The translations under genes and the position numbers were made by a program. A stretch of 64,000 bases of DNA from contig CBDUTJ010000008.1 in the NCBI GenBank assembly GCA_965370415.1, forward strand, positions 9,010-73,009, read 5' to 3'. This DNA is from an uncultured bacterium (GTDB lineage Bacteria; Cloacimonadota; Cloacimonadia; Cloacimonadales; TCS61). The first letter of the stretch is position 1. The number at the start of each line of letters is the position of its first letter. This document shows positions 29,754-40,957 of the stretch, piece by piece. The notes under the pieces were generated by a model, which was given only the letters and a program-made list of their open reading frames with translations, made no database searches and was not told the origin of the DNA.

Positions 29754-30150
29754 TCAATTAAGTCCTATCTCTTAATATTTATTAGTTCCATAATCCCTTT
29801 TATATTCTCCATTATTTATTATTGTAAGAAAATTACAATAAATTACTGTCAAGAAAACAATGAAAGTACAATTTTATATGTGATTAACTATAAGGTTTGG
29901 AATTATTTGATTTCCCCAATTATTTTCATTTTGAATTCTCCTTAATTCTATAATTATTTCATATATTATTTTAACCAATCAATTTCAAAATTTCGCTTAA
30001 CGAATATATCCCCAAACAAGCTTATATTTCGCACTAAGTTTTTTCATCTTTTTTATATATTATCACTTGAACAATCCACTTTTATTACTTTACTTAACCA
30101 CAAATGGACTTACTTTCTTAAATCATTTATATCAATTAAAAAGGCTTAAT

Positions 30151-30197
30151 TTAAAGGATAAATCGGTCAATAGCTAAAAGAGGGTATTACCTTCTTT
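30151..30197 (-). repeat. Direct-repeat copy 1 containing the intrinsic terminator of the giant operon
   Basis: ttaaaggataaatcggtcaatagctaaaagagggtattaccttcttt is ~80% identical to 48917..48966. Hairpin 30177-30184/30190-30197 (8 bp with one G-U), followed by a T-run on the minus strand. Confidence 0.7.
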
Positions 30198-30380
30198 GGG
30201 ATAGCGGGAAACCCCCACTATCCCATATGTATCACCTCACCAAAAGGTGGAGTGAAACTTGCTTTTCCAGTTAATATCCACAGAACCGGATAATCTGGTG
30301 ACTCAGGAAATGAATCACAATAACCATCTGTAATAAGCAACTGAAATATGAGATAAATCTTACAAGGATTTGGCTAAGTC

Positions 30381-32738
30381 TTATTTAGTATTATTATTTA
30401 AAAAATCAAATTTTAACCCACTTGATCCTTCACCTTTTCCAGGTCCAACTTTTCTACCCTGCCATGTATGAGTTGACCCGTCAATCCAACGGGTTCTTTG
30501 TCGCTGTATTTGTATATTTATACCATGCCTTGCGACAGCTTCTTCATTAACTAAATGTTTTTCGCCATTAGATTCGGCAGATTTTAGAATTCTACTTTGA
30601 GCTTTAACTGGCTTCGGTTCATTATCCTTTTCATTCCTTATTAAATTAGCCTGCTTTAATTGAATGGAACGTTGTCCCGAACCTGTACTTATGGGTATGT
30701 ATGGAATCCAATTTTTCGGGACAACTGACATTATTTTATATATAGATAAACTATCATCTCTACTTTCTTCGATCTCAGAAAATATGGCCCTTTGATCTTC
30801 AGATAAGATAGATATATTTATTAATTTATTTAGCTCTTCTTTAATAACTTGATTACATGTTTCAAGTAATTCCAAGGTTGAAGTGTAATTTGCTCTTCTA
30901 AAGTAGGGCAAAATCTTTTCAAGTGAATCAATACATGGTGTTAGAACACCTGAGAATCTTCTTAATAAAGTGAGATTCTGAATATTTGTTTCATCATTTA
31001 TTATTCGTTGAAAAGCATCTTTATTTTTTATGATTTCCAAATTCAGCTCAAAAATCAAGTTTAAATATTCAATACTTGTATTGTCAGCAATTTCTCCTTT
31101 TAAACATTCTAAGCTTTTTAGCAATTCATCAATCTCAGATAATTCCTCTATAAGTTCTACTATTCCCTCTATTCCACGAGCCTGCTCTATTTTACTCTGC
31201 AGAATATCTGGCATAAATTTATTAAATAAATCTAATAATTTTATTATGGATTGGGTATTAGTTTTTTCATCTATCTTATAATTTATATGTTTCCAGCAAT
31301 CAAATCCTGCCAAGGGTTGCCCTAAATTACCTGTAATAATTTGCTCAATGGCCCATACTTTATTTGCCATCTCATCACGTATAAATCTAACCTCATCAAT
31401 ATTTGATGAATTTTCACTTCTTCCAAGTGTAGGCGGTAAAAACAGAAAATCAGCAGAGTCATATGTCCCATTTTCATATATTTGCTGTACTTGTTTTTCC
31501 CTTTTATGAGAAATACTGAACATCTCCCATCTTTGCCATGATTGATCTTCTTCACTCCCAGCCCGATTTATATTATGGGTTCCGCCAAAAACATCACGAA
31601 CTTCTAATTTTTTAATCTTACAGAGTGAACCAATTTTTAGAGGTACAGGAATCTGGAACCAATCATCACCATAAATAAAAGCAAATTCCATAAGAAGAAG
31701 CTTACCTAAATCTGTTGTTTTTACGTCCATATTTCCAAAATCAATTTTGGAATCCTCAAAAGCCCACCACCTGGAATTTGGCATTCCTTTAAAACTCACC
31801 GGAGTAGGTATAAACTGCTGTTCTTCATCAGATTCGAATCCTTGTCCGGTATCTTCATTATAGTCTAATTTTTTATCTGGATCATTAATTGCTGTAAAAT
31901 GGAGCCAGTCTAGATCTCCGCTAGTATAATCAGTTATTTCCAATACATGTTGTTCATTCTCATTTTTTGGAGCCGAAACACAAAATGAATAATCAAAATT
32001 ACTATGATCCCAAGCCGTTTCTTCCTCTAACACGGGTTGGAAATAGACTTTAGTATACCACAAATGTAGGGCTTTTAATGCATCAGTGATCTTATCTAAA
32101 TCACTATTAAATATTTGCTGTAGATCGTCAGGAATCTGAGGATCCTTACTTACAAGGTCATCAATATTGAATAGTTTTTCCCCACTTATTGGAATCTGAG
32201 CAGCATCCTCAAAATCATCTGGTTTGGCAATCGCTTCTAAAATACTTAATGTCTCATCATCAATTTTAATTCTGTCATCTTCATTTGGGAAAGATAAAGC
32301 AAATTTTCTTTTAATATCGATTGTTATTTCTTCACTTACATCTTTCTTTTTTAATTCCTTTTCAAATTGCAAACCTATTTGAATACTCATTCGATAATCA
32401 AAAAAAATTTCCTGTTCAACCAATCTCTCGAGAGGAATATTGTCCGGAATAGGTTTTGCAGAACCGGGGTGTTCAAATTTTTTTGGTTTATAGTGTGTAA
32501 GATGTGTTCTTTCGGTTTGCATGTATGTTTTCACAGGTGAACCGGCATCTTCTGCCTTAAATTCTCCTACCTGCCACTGGCGGGTGAGCATCCAAAGGGG
32601 ATCTCGAATTCTGGACTGAACACTCCGAATAAAATTATCATTTCTGGCCCTGGGTTCCAATCTTTTCCAGAATCGATATCTCTGTAGTAATTCTACAGAA
32701 TAAACTGCTACAACCTGTTCATAAACCTGACTTTCCAT
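30381..32738 (-). CDS. Giant-operon gene 7 of 7: 785-aa protein, unknown function, C-terminal GEGSSGLK[FY]DFL module
   Basis: Long ORF 17 nt after gene 6. No signal peptide or catalytic motif. The last ~55 aa are paralogous to the 79-aa protein. Confidence 0.85.
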   Translation of the reverse strand: MESQVYEQVVAVYSVELLQRYRFWKRLEPRARNDNFIRSVQSRIRDPLWMLTRQWQVGEFKAEDAGSPVKTYMQTERTHLTHYKPKKFEHPGSAKPIPDNIPLERLVEQEIFFDYRMSIQIGLQFEKELKKKDVSEEITIDIKRKFALSFPNEDDRIKIDDETLSILEAIAKPDDFEDAAQIPISGEKLFNIDDLVSKDPQIPDDLQQIFNSDLDKITDALKALHLWYTKVYFQPVLEEETAWDHSNFDYSFCVSAPKNENEQHVLEITDYTSGDLDWLHFTAINDPDKKLDYNEDTGQGFESDEEQQFIPTPVSFKGMPNSRWWAFEDSKIDFGNMDVKTTDLGKLLLMEFAFIYGDDWFQIPVPLKIGSLCKIKKLEVRDVFGGTHNINRAGSEEDQSWQRWEMFSISHKREKQVQQIYENGTYDSADFLFLPPTLGRSENSSNIDEVRFIRDEMANKVWAIEQIITGNLGQPLAGFDCWKHINYKIDEKTNTQSIIKLLDLFNKFMPDILQSKIEQARGIEGIVELIEELSEIDELLKSLECLKGEIADNTSIEYLNLIFELNLEIIKNKDAFQRIINDETNIQNLTLLRRFSGVLTPCIDSLEKILPYFRRANYTSTLELLETCNQVIKEELNKLINISILSEDQRAIFSEIEESRDDSLSIYKIMSVVPKNWIPYIPISTGSGQRSIQLKQANLIRNEKDNEPKPVKAQSRILKSAESNGEKHLVNEEAVARHGINIQIQRQRTRWIDGSTHTWQGRKVGPGKGEGSSGLKFDFLNNNTK

Positions 32739-32755
32739 AGTTTTATTCCTCTATC

Positions 32756-35700
32756 CTAAATGTGGAACGGAAATTTCAGTCTTGTATTATTTAGCTGGGC
32801 CTTACCTTTCATATAAAGCGCAGGTAAAAACCTTCCCACTTTCTTTAAAGCATCAAGATCCACAGCCCGAATTTTAACCATGTCCATTGTCTCTTCAACG
32901 CACTTCAACAAGTGGTCCCATTGCCATTTGCCATCATTACCATCTACAACGGGAGAAACGCATAGCAAACAAGTGTTCGGTGATTCATTACTTGGTCTGT
33001 TATATTGATAAACAAGAGAAGTAGTTTCTTCTTCCATGGGGATAATTTCATCCCATTTATCGAGAATAAGACCAGCAATATTTTTAGTAAAATCAACTTG
33101 AAAAGGACGTATAGTAACCAGCGAAAGAGTACCCTGAATATTTTCCTCTTTTTCTCTATCCATTCCATCTTTCCAGGGAAGAGCTACCCAGCGATCATTT
33201 TCTTTATATGGTAGCTGACCAATAGTTAGTGTTTGCGATTCCTTATTTCTTATTTCCGATAGTATCATTAACAATTCCATTTGTCTTAAATTAGGATGAG
33301 TTTGGGCAGCTTGTTGTAACCAAATTAATAGTGAACATTCATCTTCATTATCAAGTAATTTGTCTTGATTTCCAAATGTCAATTCTAATTCTTGATTATT
33401 TGAAGCAGTAAACCGGGGAAGAAAAATAAAAGATTTACCAAATATTTCTTTAAAACACTGCACTAATGTCTCAATAGCATTAGACCATTTTTCATTTTTA
33501 ATATCAGGTGAATCGGTATCTGATTCATTAGGTTTAATACTTTCGGCTTTATTCAATAACTTTATACAGCTTTTTAAACGTTTGTCGATTCCCTGCAAAA
33601 CACTCTTAGCTTGTGTTTTCAATTCTTCTACTGCAATGTCGTTATCCTCACTAATAGAAAAAGGTATAGCTCCAGGAATACTATACTGTATAATCTGCTC
33701 CATATTTACTAGTATTTGATCTATCTCGTTATTGTTAACAGCATTATTTAAATTTTCAAAGAGTCCTTTTAATTCAAAATATATTCCATGATCTTCATCT
33801 TTTTTAATTTGTTCTTTAATCCAGTTATAATCCGTTTCAGAAAAACCATTAAAATTTGTTTCATGACTCTCTTCGCCACCAACTTCTGTTTCTTCCGGTA
33901 GGTACAGATCCAGAGGTTTCAAATATGAAGTATTTGTGATTAGCTTCAGCAAAGTACGAGCAATAGGCATTACCTCTGTGAATGATTTTTCATCCGCTGA
34001 AAAACTATCATCCCTTGAATAATTAACAATAATATCACAATCTTTATCAGGTTGTTTTTCCTTTTTAATATAATAAGTAATTATTTCTTCTAACTCCGAA
34101 GATTCTAATTTTAAAGAAGACGAAGAAAGATAGATTAAATCCAAGGCAGAAATTCCAAACTTTGTATTTAAATCACCCGATTCCGGATTTATGATGCCCA
34201 ATATATTAAACTTCAATTTCTCAATTTTTCTATCTTTTACATATTCAGCATTACCAATAATCTTGGTGGGATCTCCCAGAATTTTGATTGCCCAAGCATT
34301 TAGAAAAGGTGAAAGGTTACTTCTCTTTGTTGCTGGCCATTTCTCAATATCGATATCTGTCGTTTCAGCAGGCAATAGAACAAGGCAATGATGTTTTATA
34401 TTTACGCCGCCTCTAGGTGTTTTACTCACAAGGAACTCATCTGGAGGACTGCCATCGGCTGAGACACTATCAAGCACCGCTCCGGAACCAAGGTAGTCAC
34501 CAAGTACTGCCCGGTGTACACTTTCTGATAATAATAAATCATTTATTGCATCGAATATCTCATCTAAATCTTCTATTTCCTGAACAATGGCAATATGTTC
34601 AGGCGAGTTTAAAGCTGGCAGTTCATTTTCTGAATTAAAAGGAATAGGCTGAGACCCTTCTTCCTCTTTATATGCTTTTAACAAAGTCAGGCCATCAACT
34701 ACATTACGTGGCGACACATTTTCTACACTCCCACTTTCAATAATTTCTTTATCTTTGCTTACATTTAAAGGATAAAGTCTTCTAAACGGTGAAATAAATT
34801 TATCCAATTCAAGAATACGATTGCCATTTTTATGAGTTTCGTGAAGAGAACGTTCAAATCGATAGCCAAGCAGTACATTTAGAGACTGTCCTTGTCTAAT
34901 ACCTTCAAGAAACCACAATGCTTTATTTACGCGTTCTGAAGATAGATTTACTGACATTCTATCTGCATTCTGTTTATCTGCATGTGATAAATAAGCATTT
35001 CTTAAAACTGCCGCAGTAACACCATGTGACGTAGATGGCGCATGTATATATCCCCCATTCAGTCTATCTGGTTCAGGCTCTAAATCTTCCAACCAACCAT
35101 AGGCGCCAATATAAATACCTTCAATATTTTTTATATCCCTTAAATTATTTAAACGCATAGTGACTATTGAAGTAGCCCAGGCATCTAGTCTATGAGTTGA
35201 CAAATCAAGTATTTCAGATGTTAAGCGTTCCAATTTGGCAGTGGGCAATTTACTTAAATGATTCAACGATTCTCGAAAAGGATCTTCATCGCCACTCCAA
35301 TCATTTTTTTTTGCAAGTACAGCTTCACGTAAAAGCATAAATAATATCGATGGTGGAAGAGGTTCAGGATAATTGTTTCGTGATATTTCTTCAATATTAC
35401 AATTTAGGAGAGTTTCTATGTAGTTATTTTCTAAAGGTAGTGAATCAGATAGTGGACCATCCTGAATAAATGGAACATTTAACTTATATTCATCTCCCCA
35501 AGTTGTTGTATTAAGAATCGGGATGTGTGGTGGATGACCTGTTACTTCATTAAATAATTCTGCTGATTTTTCTTTTGTTTGGATATACTGATCCCAAAAT
35601 TCATTAAAAGAATTCGGTTCACTTGTTTGACCGTTTGTTTCATTTGTTGAACCTCTCCATTGTTGGATGGTATTACTTATTCTATTCCAGATATTTTCAG

Positions 35701-37636
35701 TTCTAAATAGTGTAGGCCAGACAAACTTAAGTAGATTCTCAAGATAATCCTCTTCCGCAATGTTACGAATATGAAAACTACAAGATGAAGCCTGCATGCC
35801 CAATATATTTATAAGCTCTTTTTCAGGATCATCGGATGCGCCGGTTCTTGGTATCGCATCAATATCGTCTGATAAATTTAACCAGATTTTAGAGAGATTC
35901 TTTAATAATTGAGAAAGATATTTATAGAATTCTTTTTTTTCCTCATCATTTGCTACTTCCCAAATGGAAATTGCTGAAGTTGGTAAAATACCATAGGGCA
36001 TATCATCTACTCGTATAGCTGAAAAGTCTCCTCTTGCTTTCACATAATTAATAAAATGTTTTTTTAATTGCTCTTTGTCAACATTATAAGAGAGTTTACC
36101 AAAAAGGTCCTCACTTAAATAAGCATCCCATGTCACTGGCCACAGGGCTCTCGCCATGTTCTCTGCATCCAGGCTATCTGTTTCATCCGCACCTTTCATG
36201 TGTTGAAAAACATTCAAGTGTTGTTTCAAACCTATAGCATTAGCAAAACGATATCCATCTTTATTCTTTTCTGATAATTCCAAATTATCTGGATCTTCAT
36301 CAGAAAAATTTTTATTTCTCACTTCGAGCATATAGCTTTCAAGGTAATTATCCTCACTGCTATTAAATTCTGATTCTGTTTCATTTGTATTATTAGTTGG
36401 AGTACCCTGTTTTAAAAAACTGACCCCCCCTGTATAGTGGTGGTTATTGATTAATTTTTTTAAAATATCTACATGCCCATCTTCATCCTTTGGAGTTTTA
36501 ATTCCAATAGCAATAATGCGACTAAAACCTTGTTTAATTTCTTCTTTACTTAAATCCTTAAGGTTTATTTTGATTCCCATACCAATTTCAACTGCCTTAT
36601 CAAAGTCTATCATCCATTCCGAATTAACATCAAAAAAAAGTTGATTTGGATCATCATCTTCAGAAAGTGGGTCGGGACCTACTGCTAACGGATAACTAAT
36701 CAACTTTCCATTATGATCTGATTTGCCATCTTCATTTACCCAAGGTTCATGGATTATCTCGCCATCAACTATTTTTTTACGATACAACCTAATTGTAAAA
36801 TAATCCGGCATTACATAAGTTTGAGGTGAACGGCTCCAGGATTCCTGTCTTAATGGAATATCATCTGATGAAAAGAATTCTTCATTATGAACAATATACG
36901 CTGACCGAAATGGACCGAAAGAATTCACTAATTCCATCCAGGCGGGAATTTTTATAGTTTCTCTAAGTTTCCTGAATTGTTGCCAATAATCAATACCGTC
37001 ATCTATATTATTAAATCCTTCAGGAACTACCTCAGTTAAATCAATCCCACTTAAGAATGTTTCTTCTCCTAATTCTAAAATAACATCCAGCTTTTCTTCA
37101 CCTACCTCATCTTTTAGCTGTGATTTAAGTTCTTTTTGTTTTTCCTCTGCCCTTTTTACCTCATTAAAGTAAAACTTTGCTTTATCAACTTCTTCCTCTG
37201 TAAAACTCTCTTCATGAGTATCAATTGCTATATCATCCGGATAAATACGTACCCAAAGCTGAGGACGGTCAGTGTTTAAACACATATATTTAGTCTCCAA
37301 GCGTACCGGGAGCATAAAAAATGGTACTTTATTAGAACATTGTTTAATTATTTGTTCCGGTAAATTTATTGTTGATAATTCTTGTAACTTTTTATTTAAG
37401 ACAGCTTTTTTATCTTTGATTAGAGTGTCTTTCTCATCCAGATTGTTTAAATAATTCTCAATTACTTCATAAATCTCTGATGATTCACTATAGGTTCCTT
37501 TTCGTTTTTCAAAGGTTTCTATATGCCGGGCTTTAGCTAAATTGGTACGGATTGTGGAAATTTCTTCTCTGTATTTTTCTATTTCCATTCGAAGTTGTTC
37601 TATTTCTTCTAAAATGTCTTGAATGCTATCGCTCAT
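32756..37636 (-). CDS. Giant-operon gene 6 of 7: 1626-aa protein with N-terminal coiled coil, unknown function
   Basis: Uninterrupted 4.9-kb ORF. N-terminus MSDSIQDILEEIEQLRMEIEKYREEISTIRTNLAKARH has heptad character. No NTPase, nuclease or protease motif seen. Confidence 0.85.
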   Translation of the reverse strand: MSDSIQDILEEIEQLRMEIEKYREEISTIRTNLAKARHIETFEKRKGTYSESSEIYEVIENYLNNLDEKDTLIKDKKAVLNKKLQELSTINLPEQIIKQCSNKVPFFMLPVRLETKYMCLNTDRPQLWVRIYPDDIAIDTHEESFTEEEVDKAKFYFNEVKRAEEKQKELKSQLKDEVGEEKLDVILELGEETFLSGIDLTEVVPEGFNNIDDGIDYWQQFRKLRETIKIPAWMELVNSFGPFRSAYIVHNEEFFSSDDIPLRQESWSRSPQTYVMPDYFTIRLYRKKIVDGEIIHEPWVNEDGKSDHNGKLISYPLAVGPDPLSEDDDPNQLFFDVNSEWMIDFDKAVEIGMGIKINLKDLSKEEIKQGFSRIIAIGIKTPKDEDGHVDILKKLINNHHYTGGVSFLKQGTPTNNTNETESEFNSSEDNYLESYMLEVRNKNFSDEDPDNLELSEKNKDGYRFANAIGLKQHLNVFQHMKGADETDSLDAENMARALWPVTWDAYLSEDLFGKLSYNVDKEQLKKHFINYVKARGDFSAIRVDDMPYGILPTSAISIWEVANDEEKKEFYKYLSQLLKNLSKIWLNLSDDIDAIPRTGASDDPEKELINILGMQASSCSFHIRNIAEEDYLENLLKFVWPTLFRTENIWNRISNTIQQWRGSTNETNGQTSEPNSFNEFWDQYIQTKEKSAELFNEVTGHPPHIPILNTTTWGDEYKLNVPFIQDGPLSDSLPLENNYIETLLNCNIEEISRNNYPEPLPPSILFMLLREAVLAKKNDWSGDEDPFRESLNHLSKLPTAKLERLTSEILDLSTHRLDAWATSIVTMRLNNLRDIKNIEGIYIGAYGWLEDLEPEPDRLNGGYIHAPSTSHGVTAAVLRNAYLSHADKQNADRMSVNLSSERVNKALWFLEGIRQGQSLNVLLGYRFERSLHETHKNGNRILELDKFISPFRRLYPLNVSKDKEIIESGSVENVSPRNVVDGLTLLKAYKEEEGSQPIPFNSENELPALNSPEHIAIVQEIEDLDEIFDAINDLLLSESVHRAVLGDYLGSGAVLDSVSADGSPPDEFLVSKTPRGGVNIKHHCLVLLPAETTDIDIEKWPATKRSNLSPFLNAWAIKILGDPTKIIGNAEYVKDRKIEKLKFNILGIINPESGDLNTKFGISALDLIYLSSSSLKLESSELEEIITYYIKKEKQPDKDCDIIVNYSRDDSFSADEKSFTEVMPIARTLLKLITNTSYLKPLDLYLPEETEVGGEESHETNFNGFSETDYNWIKEQIKKDEDHGIYFELKGLFENLNNAVNNNEIDQILVNMEQIIQYSIPGAIPFSISEDNDIAVEELKTQAKSVLQGIDKRLKSCIKLLNKAESIKPNESDTDSPDIKNEKWSNAIETLVQCFKEIFGKSFIFLPRFTASNNQELELTFGNQDKLLDNEDECSLLIWLQQAAQTHPNLRQMELLMILSEIRNKESQTLTIGQLPYKENDRWVALPWKDGMDREKEENIQGTLSLVTIRPFQVDFTKNIAGLILDKWDEIIPMEEETTSLVYQYNRPSNESPNTCLLCVSPVVDGNDGKWQWDHLLKCVEETMDMVKIRAVDLDALKKVGRFLPALYMKGKAQLNNTRLKFPFHI

Positions 37637-37678
37637 CTTATTCCTATTTTTTTAATATTTCTATACATTTGTTTTAAT

Positions 37679-40600
37679 TCACTCTTCCTGATTATTTGAT
37701 TCCGGCATCATATCATCCCCATGAACTGCAATTCGTACCGGTTTTTGATGAGTTATATAAGCTATATTACCGGAATGGTCGCCCCAAGTTATTCCATCAG
37801 ATATTTCGTTATGAGGTTCTACTCCATCAATGTATTTTGATTCAGGAAGGTCACATACAATATTGTCACCGTCAGTATGATAGAAATGCTTCCACGATAA
37901 ATCATCCCAATCCGAGACTGTATTAGGGTCAGGAATAGCCTCTCCATTTAAATATGCGTCCAAACCAAAACGCGACTCAGAAATTCTCTCTTCAATAACA
38001 AAAAACCAACCAGGATCATTTTCAATAGTATTGCCCAGTTCATCAGTTCCAAAGCGCTGTGTATATCCCCTGACTTCATCTTCTGTAAGATTAAATCCTA
38101 AAAATGTGATGTCCGGTTTGAGTGTACCCTTAAAAATGGGAAATTGTACTTTAATATTTTTATTGTCAGAATTCTCATCAGGTATTTCTGTATCTATAAT
38201 TTCTTCTGATTCCAGATCTAAAAACGAAAAATCCGGTTCCCTTTTATCTTGAGTCAAATCTTCATTCCACTTGGCTTTAACTGCATAAATTACAGCTGTA
38301 GGGTATTTTTTTAACAAATCTCCCCGGATGAGTAAAACAAGGTTATCTTCAAGACTCTGGACACTATCACCTTTGTTTTGCCCCAATTGTGAATTTTTTC
38401 TCCATTTGTGGATGGGATTAATATCCCTTAAAAGTTCTTTCCATTTTTCTTCTATAAATTGATTTAACTTATTTTGTTTTTCATCTTCATTCTCAATATC
38501 ATCAAGTATTTCTGCATTTTCTTCAATAGCCTGTTCATGCAACTGTTGATCCATAAAAGGGGGTCTTATTATTTCTGATACATCCCAAAATTGACGAAAA
38601 TATGTGCCTCTTTGATCCGTGGGGTATTCGCGCCAAAGCAATTCACTTGCAAACTCAACATTTAAACCTGTCATATAAGACTCAATGAAATTCCTATTGG
38701 TCTCAAGCAATGTGATGGTATTTTGCTGAATATACTCCAATCCTGGCAACAGGTAGTCTTGAGAAATATCCCGTAAAGGTTCATACATTGCCTGTGGAAA
38801 TTCTGGGGCAGCCATAATCTGATCTATGATCTCATTTTCGTTTACACAATTTCGTAATTTTATACGGCTAATTAGTTTTTTTGAAATGGTTTTTTCAGGA
38901 TTCAAAGTATTAATTAAATAAGAGTATACCAGTTTTAGGTCCGCAGGTTTAGGAGTGTATTTAATATCCGGTTTTTGGTTTAGAAAAGTCTGAAGAGACA
39001 TTGCGAAGGAACGAAATTCTTCCGCATTTTGGAAATCGGATGGTGGGTTAGCGGATGCTACAAGTTCTGATGTTAAATTCTTTTCCCTAATTTTTTCAGC
39101 AATTCTTCCTTTGCGCGTTTTACGATGAATTATAAACGCAATTAAAATCAAAACAGATTTAATACTTAATAGAAGTGGGTGAGTATAAGAAATACTAATG
39201 CCTAAAGAATTTAGAACAAATATAACAATCCAACCAAGAACAAATAGTATTAGTAATAAATTGGGCAATACCTTTAAAATCTTCCAAAACCAACCTTTTG
39301 CCCAAGATGGTCTTAATTCATCAGAAATTTGTCCAATACTTCCGCTGCCATTAGCTTGCGGTGCCGGTCCTGCTCCCTGTACTTCACCATTATTCATTCG
39401 ATCTAAAAGATCACCATATCCCAGGTCATTAACCTTTTGCTGCCTGGTGCGGATTATGCCCCGTTTTCTAATAACTTTCCTAAAACCATGGTCAAAAACT
39501 ACTGCCGGGAGTGTTGATTTGTCCAAGTAGCTCTTAAGGGTTACCCGGCTTTCTTCATTGTTCTCATAACTGAGCATTCGGCTGTGTAGCGGGGCTGTTA
39601 ACTGAATAAACATATTTTGGGGAAGTTTTAATAATTTACTATTTAATATCTTTTTATTAATTTCAATAGCCATCTGTGCTTCTCTTAACCGCTGATTTGC
39701 CTCTTCTACAGCCCCGACTTGACGCCAGGCCTCATGCATCAGATCTTCCTGTTCTTCCTGAATAACTTCAGTTCCAAAATTAGCTGTTGCGCGGTGACGA
39801 GGATCAAGGTTGAGTTGCCTTAGCCAGGCAATACCACTATCTTTGATCATTTTTATTCCAGCATGCCATCTACCATAAATGGGTGAGACTATATATATAT
39901 CTTCCGGAATGTCTGTATCTGCTTGAGTTAACGTTTCCGGTATATCAAGTATTTGTTCAAACTGTTCTTTTAACCCATCCGGATACTCAGTAAATTGAGA
40001 ATCTAAATGTTTTAATGCACCCTCTAATCCCAATTTTAATGGTTTCATATTTTCAGGAACGGATAATCCAAAACCAGGATCTGAGCAATCAATGTCTCTT
40101 TTACCGACTCTGGAATCCAACGGTCTGGGTTCTAATAATCTGACAAGATATTCAAAATCGCCTCTCAAGCCAGTTCTGAATTCCCAACGGTAGTAATAGG
40201 GAAGTTCGATTTCATTATCATCCACAATATCCCAAGCCTTATCAAGTAAACTTACTTCATTTATATTTTGACTCAGGCCTGCTTTTCTACCACTTTCAAA
40301 TGTGGGGACTACAAATGCGGTATAGAGTACTCCAGGTTCCAAACGCCTTGGGCACATTAAACGTGACACAATATTAGTGGGATTGGTCTCAATAATTTCT
40401 TTAAGTTTTACGGAATCAATATTATCATTATCTGATGCAGTAACATGGGCATGAGCCCAGGCCCAGGAATATTCTAAATTCGGCAGACTATTTTTAATAT
40501 TTTTAACTGTAATATATTGAGTTGGTCTCGAGTCATCATAATGGAGTGGTTCAAAAAATTCACCGTCATCATCATTTTTGTCTTTAAGGTTTTTAGGATT

Positions 40601-40957
40601 TTTTAAAACAATAAGGCAAACCCAGGATTGCCATTGTTTACCTTCTTCCCTTCCAGGAGTAACCATCCATGGAAAATCTTCTTCCCAAAATTCTATCAAA
40701 GGAAAATAATTAGGTTCAAAATCTCCAATATTATTTTTAGGATCTGTCCGTAAAATGCTGTTTTGATCAAAACCTACAACGTCACCCGGGCCAAATAGTT
40801 CTATATCCCTTTCTATCAGTTCGGATTCTTTCTGATTTATTTTTAAACCAAATGGAATTTTTAATCTTTGTTGATTTGCAGTGTTTTCTATAATATCTAT
40901 TCGGCTACCTATACCTTGGCGAATCCAAGGGATAAAAAAATACTTGGCTAAACTCAT
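37679..40957 (-). CDS. Giant-operon gene 5 of 7: 1092-aa protein with a central two-helix transmembrane hairpin
   Basis: ATGA overlap with gene 4. Hydrophobic segments VLPNLLLILFVLGWIVIFVLNSLGI and PLLLSIKSVLILIAFIIH (nt ~39120-39290) are flanked by large hydrophilic domains. Confidence 0.85.
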   Translation of the reverse strand: MSLAKYFFIPWIRQGIGSRIDIIENTANQQRLKIPFGLKINQKESELIERDIELFGPGDVVGFDQNSILRTDPKNNIGDFEPNYFPLIEFWEEDFPWMVTPGREEGKQWQSWVCLIVLKNPKNLKDKNDDDGEFFEPLHYDDSRPTQYITVKNIKNSLPNLEYSWAWAHAHVTASDNDNIDSVKLKEIIETNPTNIVSRLMCPRRLEPGVLYTAFVVPTFESGRKAGLSQNINEVSLLDKAWDIVDDNEIELPYYYRWEFRTGLRGDFEYLVRLLEPRPLDSRVGKRDIDCSDPGFGLSVPENMKPLKLGLEGALKHLDSQFTEYPDGLKEQFEQILDIPETLTQADTDIPEDIYIVSPIYGRWHAGIKMIKDSGIAWLRQLNLDPRHRATANFGTEVIQEEQEDLMHEAWRQVGAVEEANQRLREAQMAIEINKKILNSKLLKLPQNMFIQLTAPLHSRMLSYENNEESRVTLKSYLDKSTLPAVVFDHGFRKVIRKRGIIRTRQQKVNDLGYGDLLDRMNNGEVQGAGPAPQANGSGSIGQISDELRPSWAKGWFWKILKVLPNLLLILFVLGWIVIFVLNSLGISISYTHPLLLSIKSVLILIAFIIHRKTRKGRIAEKIREKNLTSELVASANPPSDFQNAEEFRSFAMSLQTFLNQKPDIKYTPKPADLKLVYSYLINTLNPEKTISKKLISRIKLRNCVNENEIIDQIMAAPEFPQAMYEPLRDISQDYLLPGLEYIQQNTITLLETNRNFIESYMTGLNVEFASELLWREYPTDQRGTYFRQFWDVSEIIRPPFMDQQLHEQAIEENAEILDDIENEDEKQNKLNQFIEEKWKELLRDINPIHKWRKNSQLGQNKGDSVQSLEDNLVLLIRGDLLKKYPTAVIYAVKAKWNEDLTQDKREPDFSFLDLESEEIIDTEIPDENSDNKNIKVQFPIFKGTLKPDITFLGFNLTEDEVRGYTQRFGTDELGNTIENDPGWFFVIEERISESRFGLDAYLNGEAIPDPNTVSDWDDLSWKHFYHTDGDNIVCDLPESKYIDGVEPHNEISDGITWGDHSGNIAYITHQKPVRIAVHGDDMMPESNNQEE

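Noticed and set aside
29903-29943. 8-codon ORF (MKIIGEIK) with an AAGGAG SD upstream of the rSAM operon, considered as a RiPP precursor or leader peptide.
   Set aside because: It is too short for a precursor peptide, and no other peptide ORF of 20 or more codons with an SD exists in the 29754-30380 gap. A leader-peptide role remains possible, but nothing in the sequence itself supports it.
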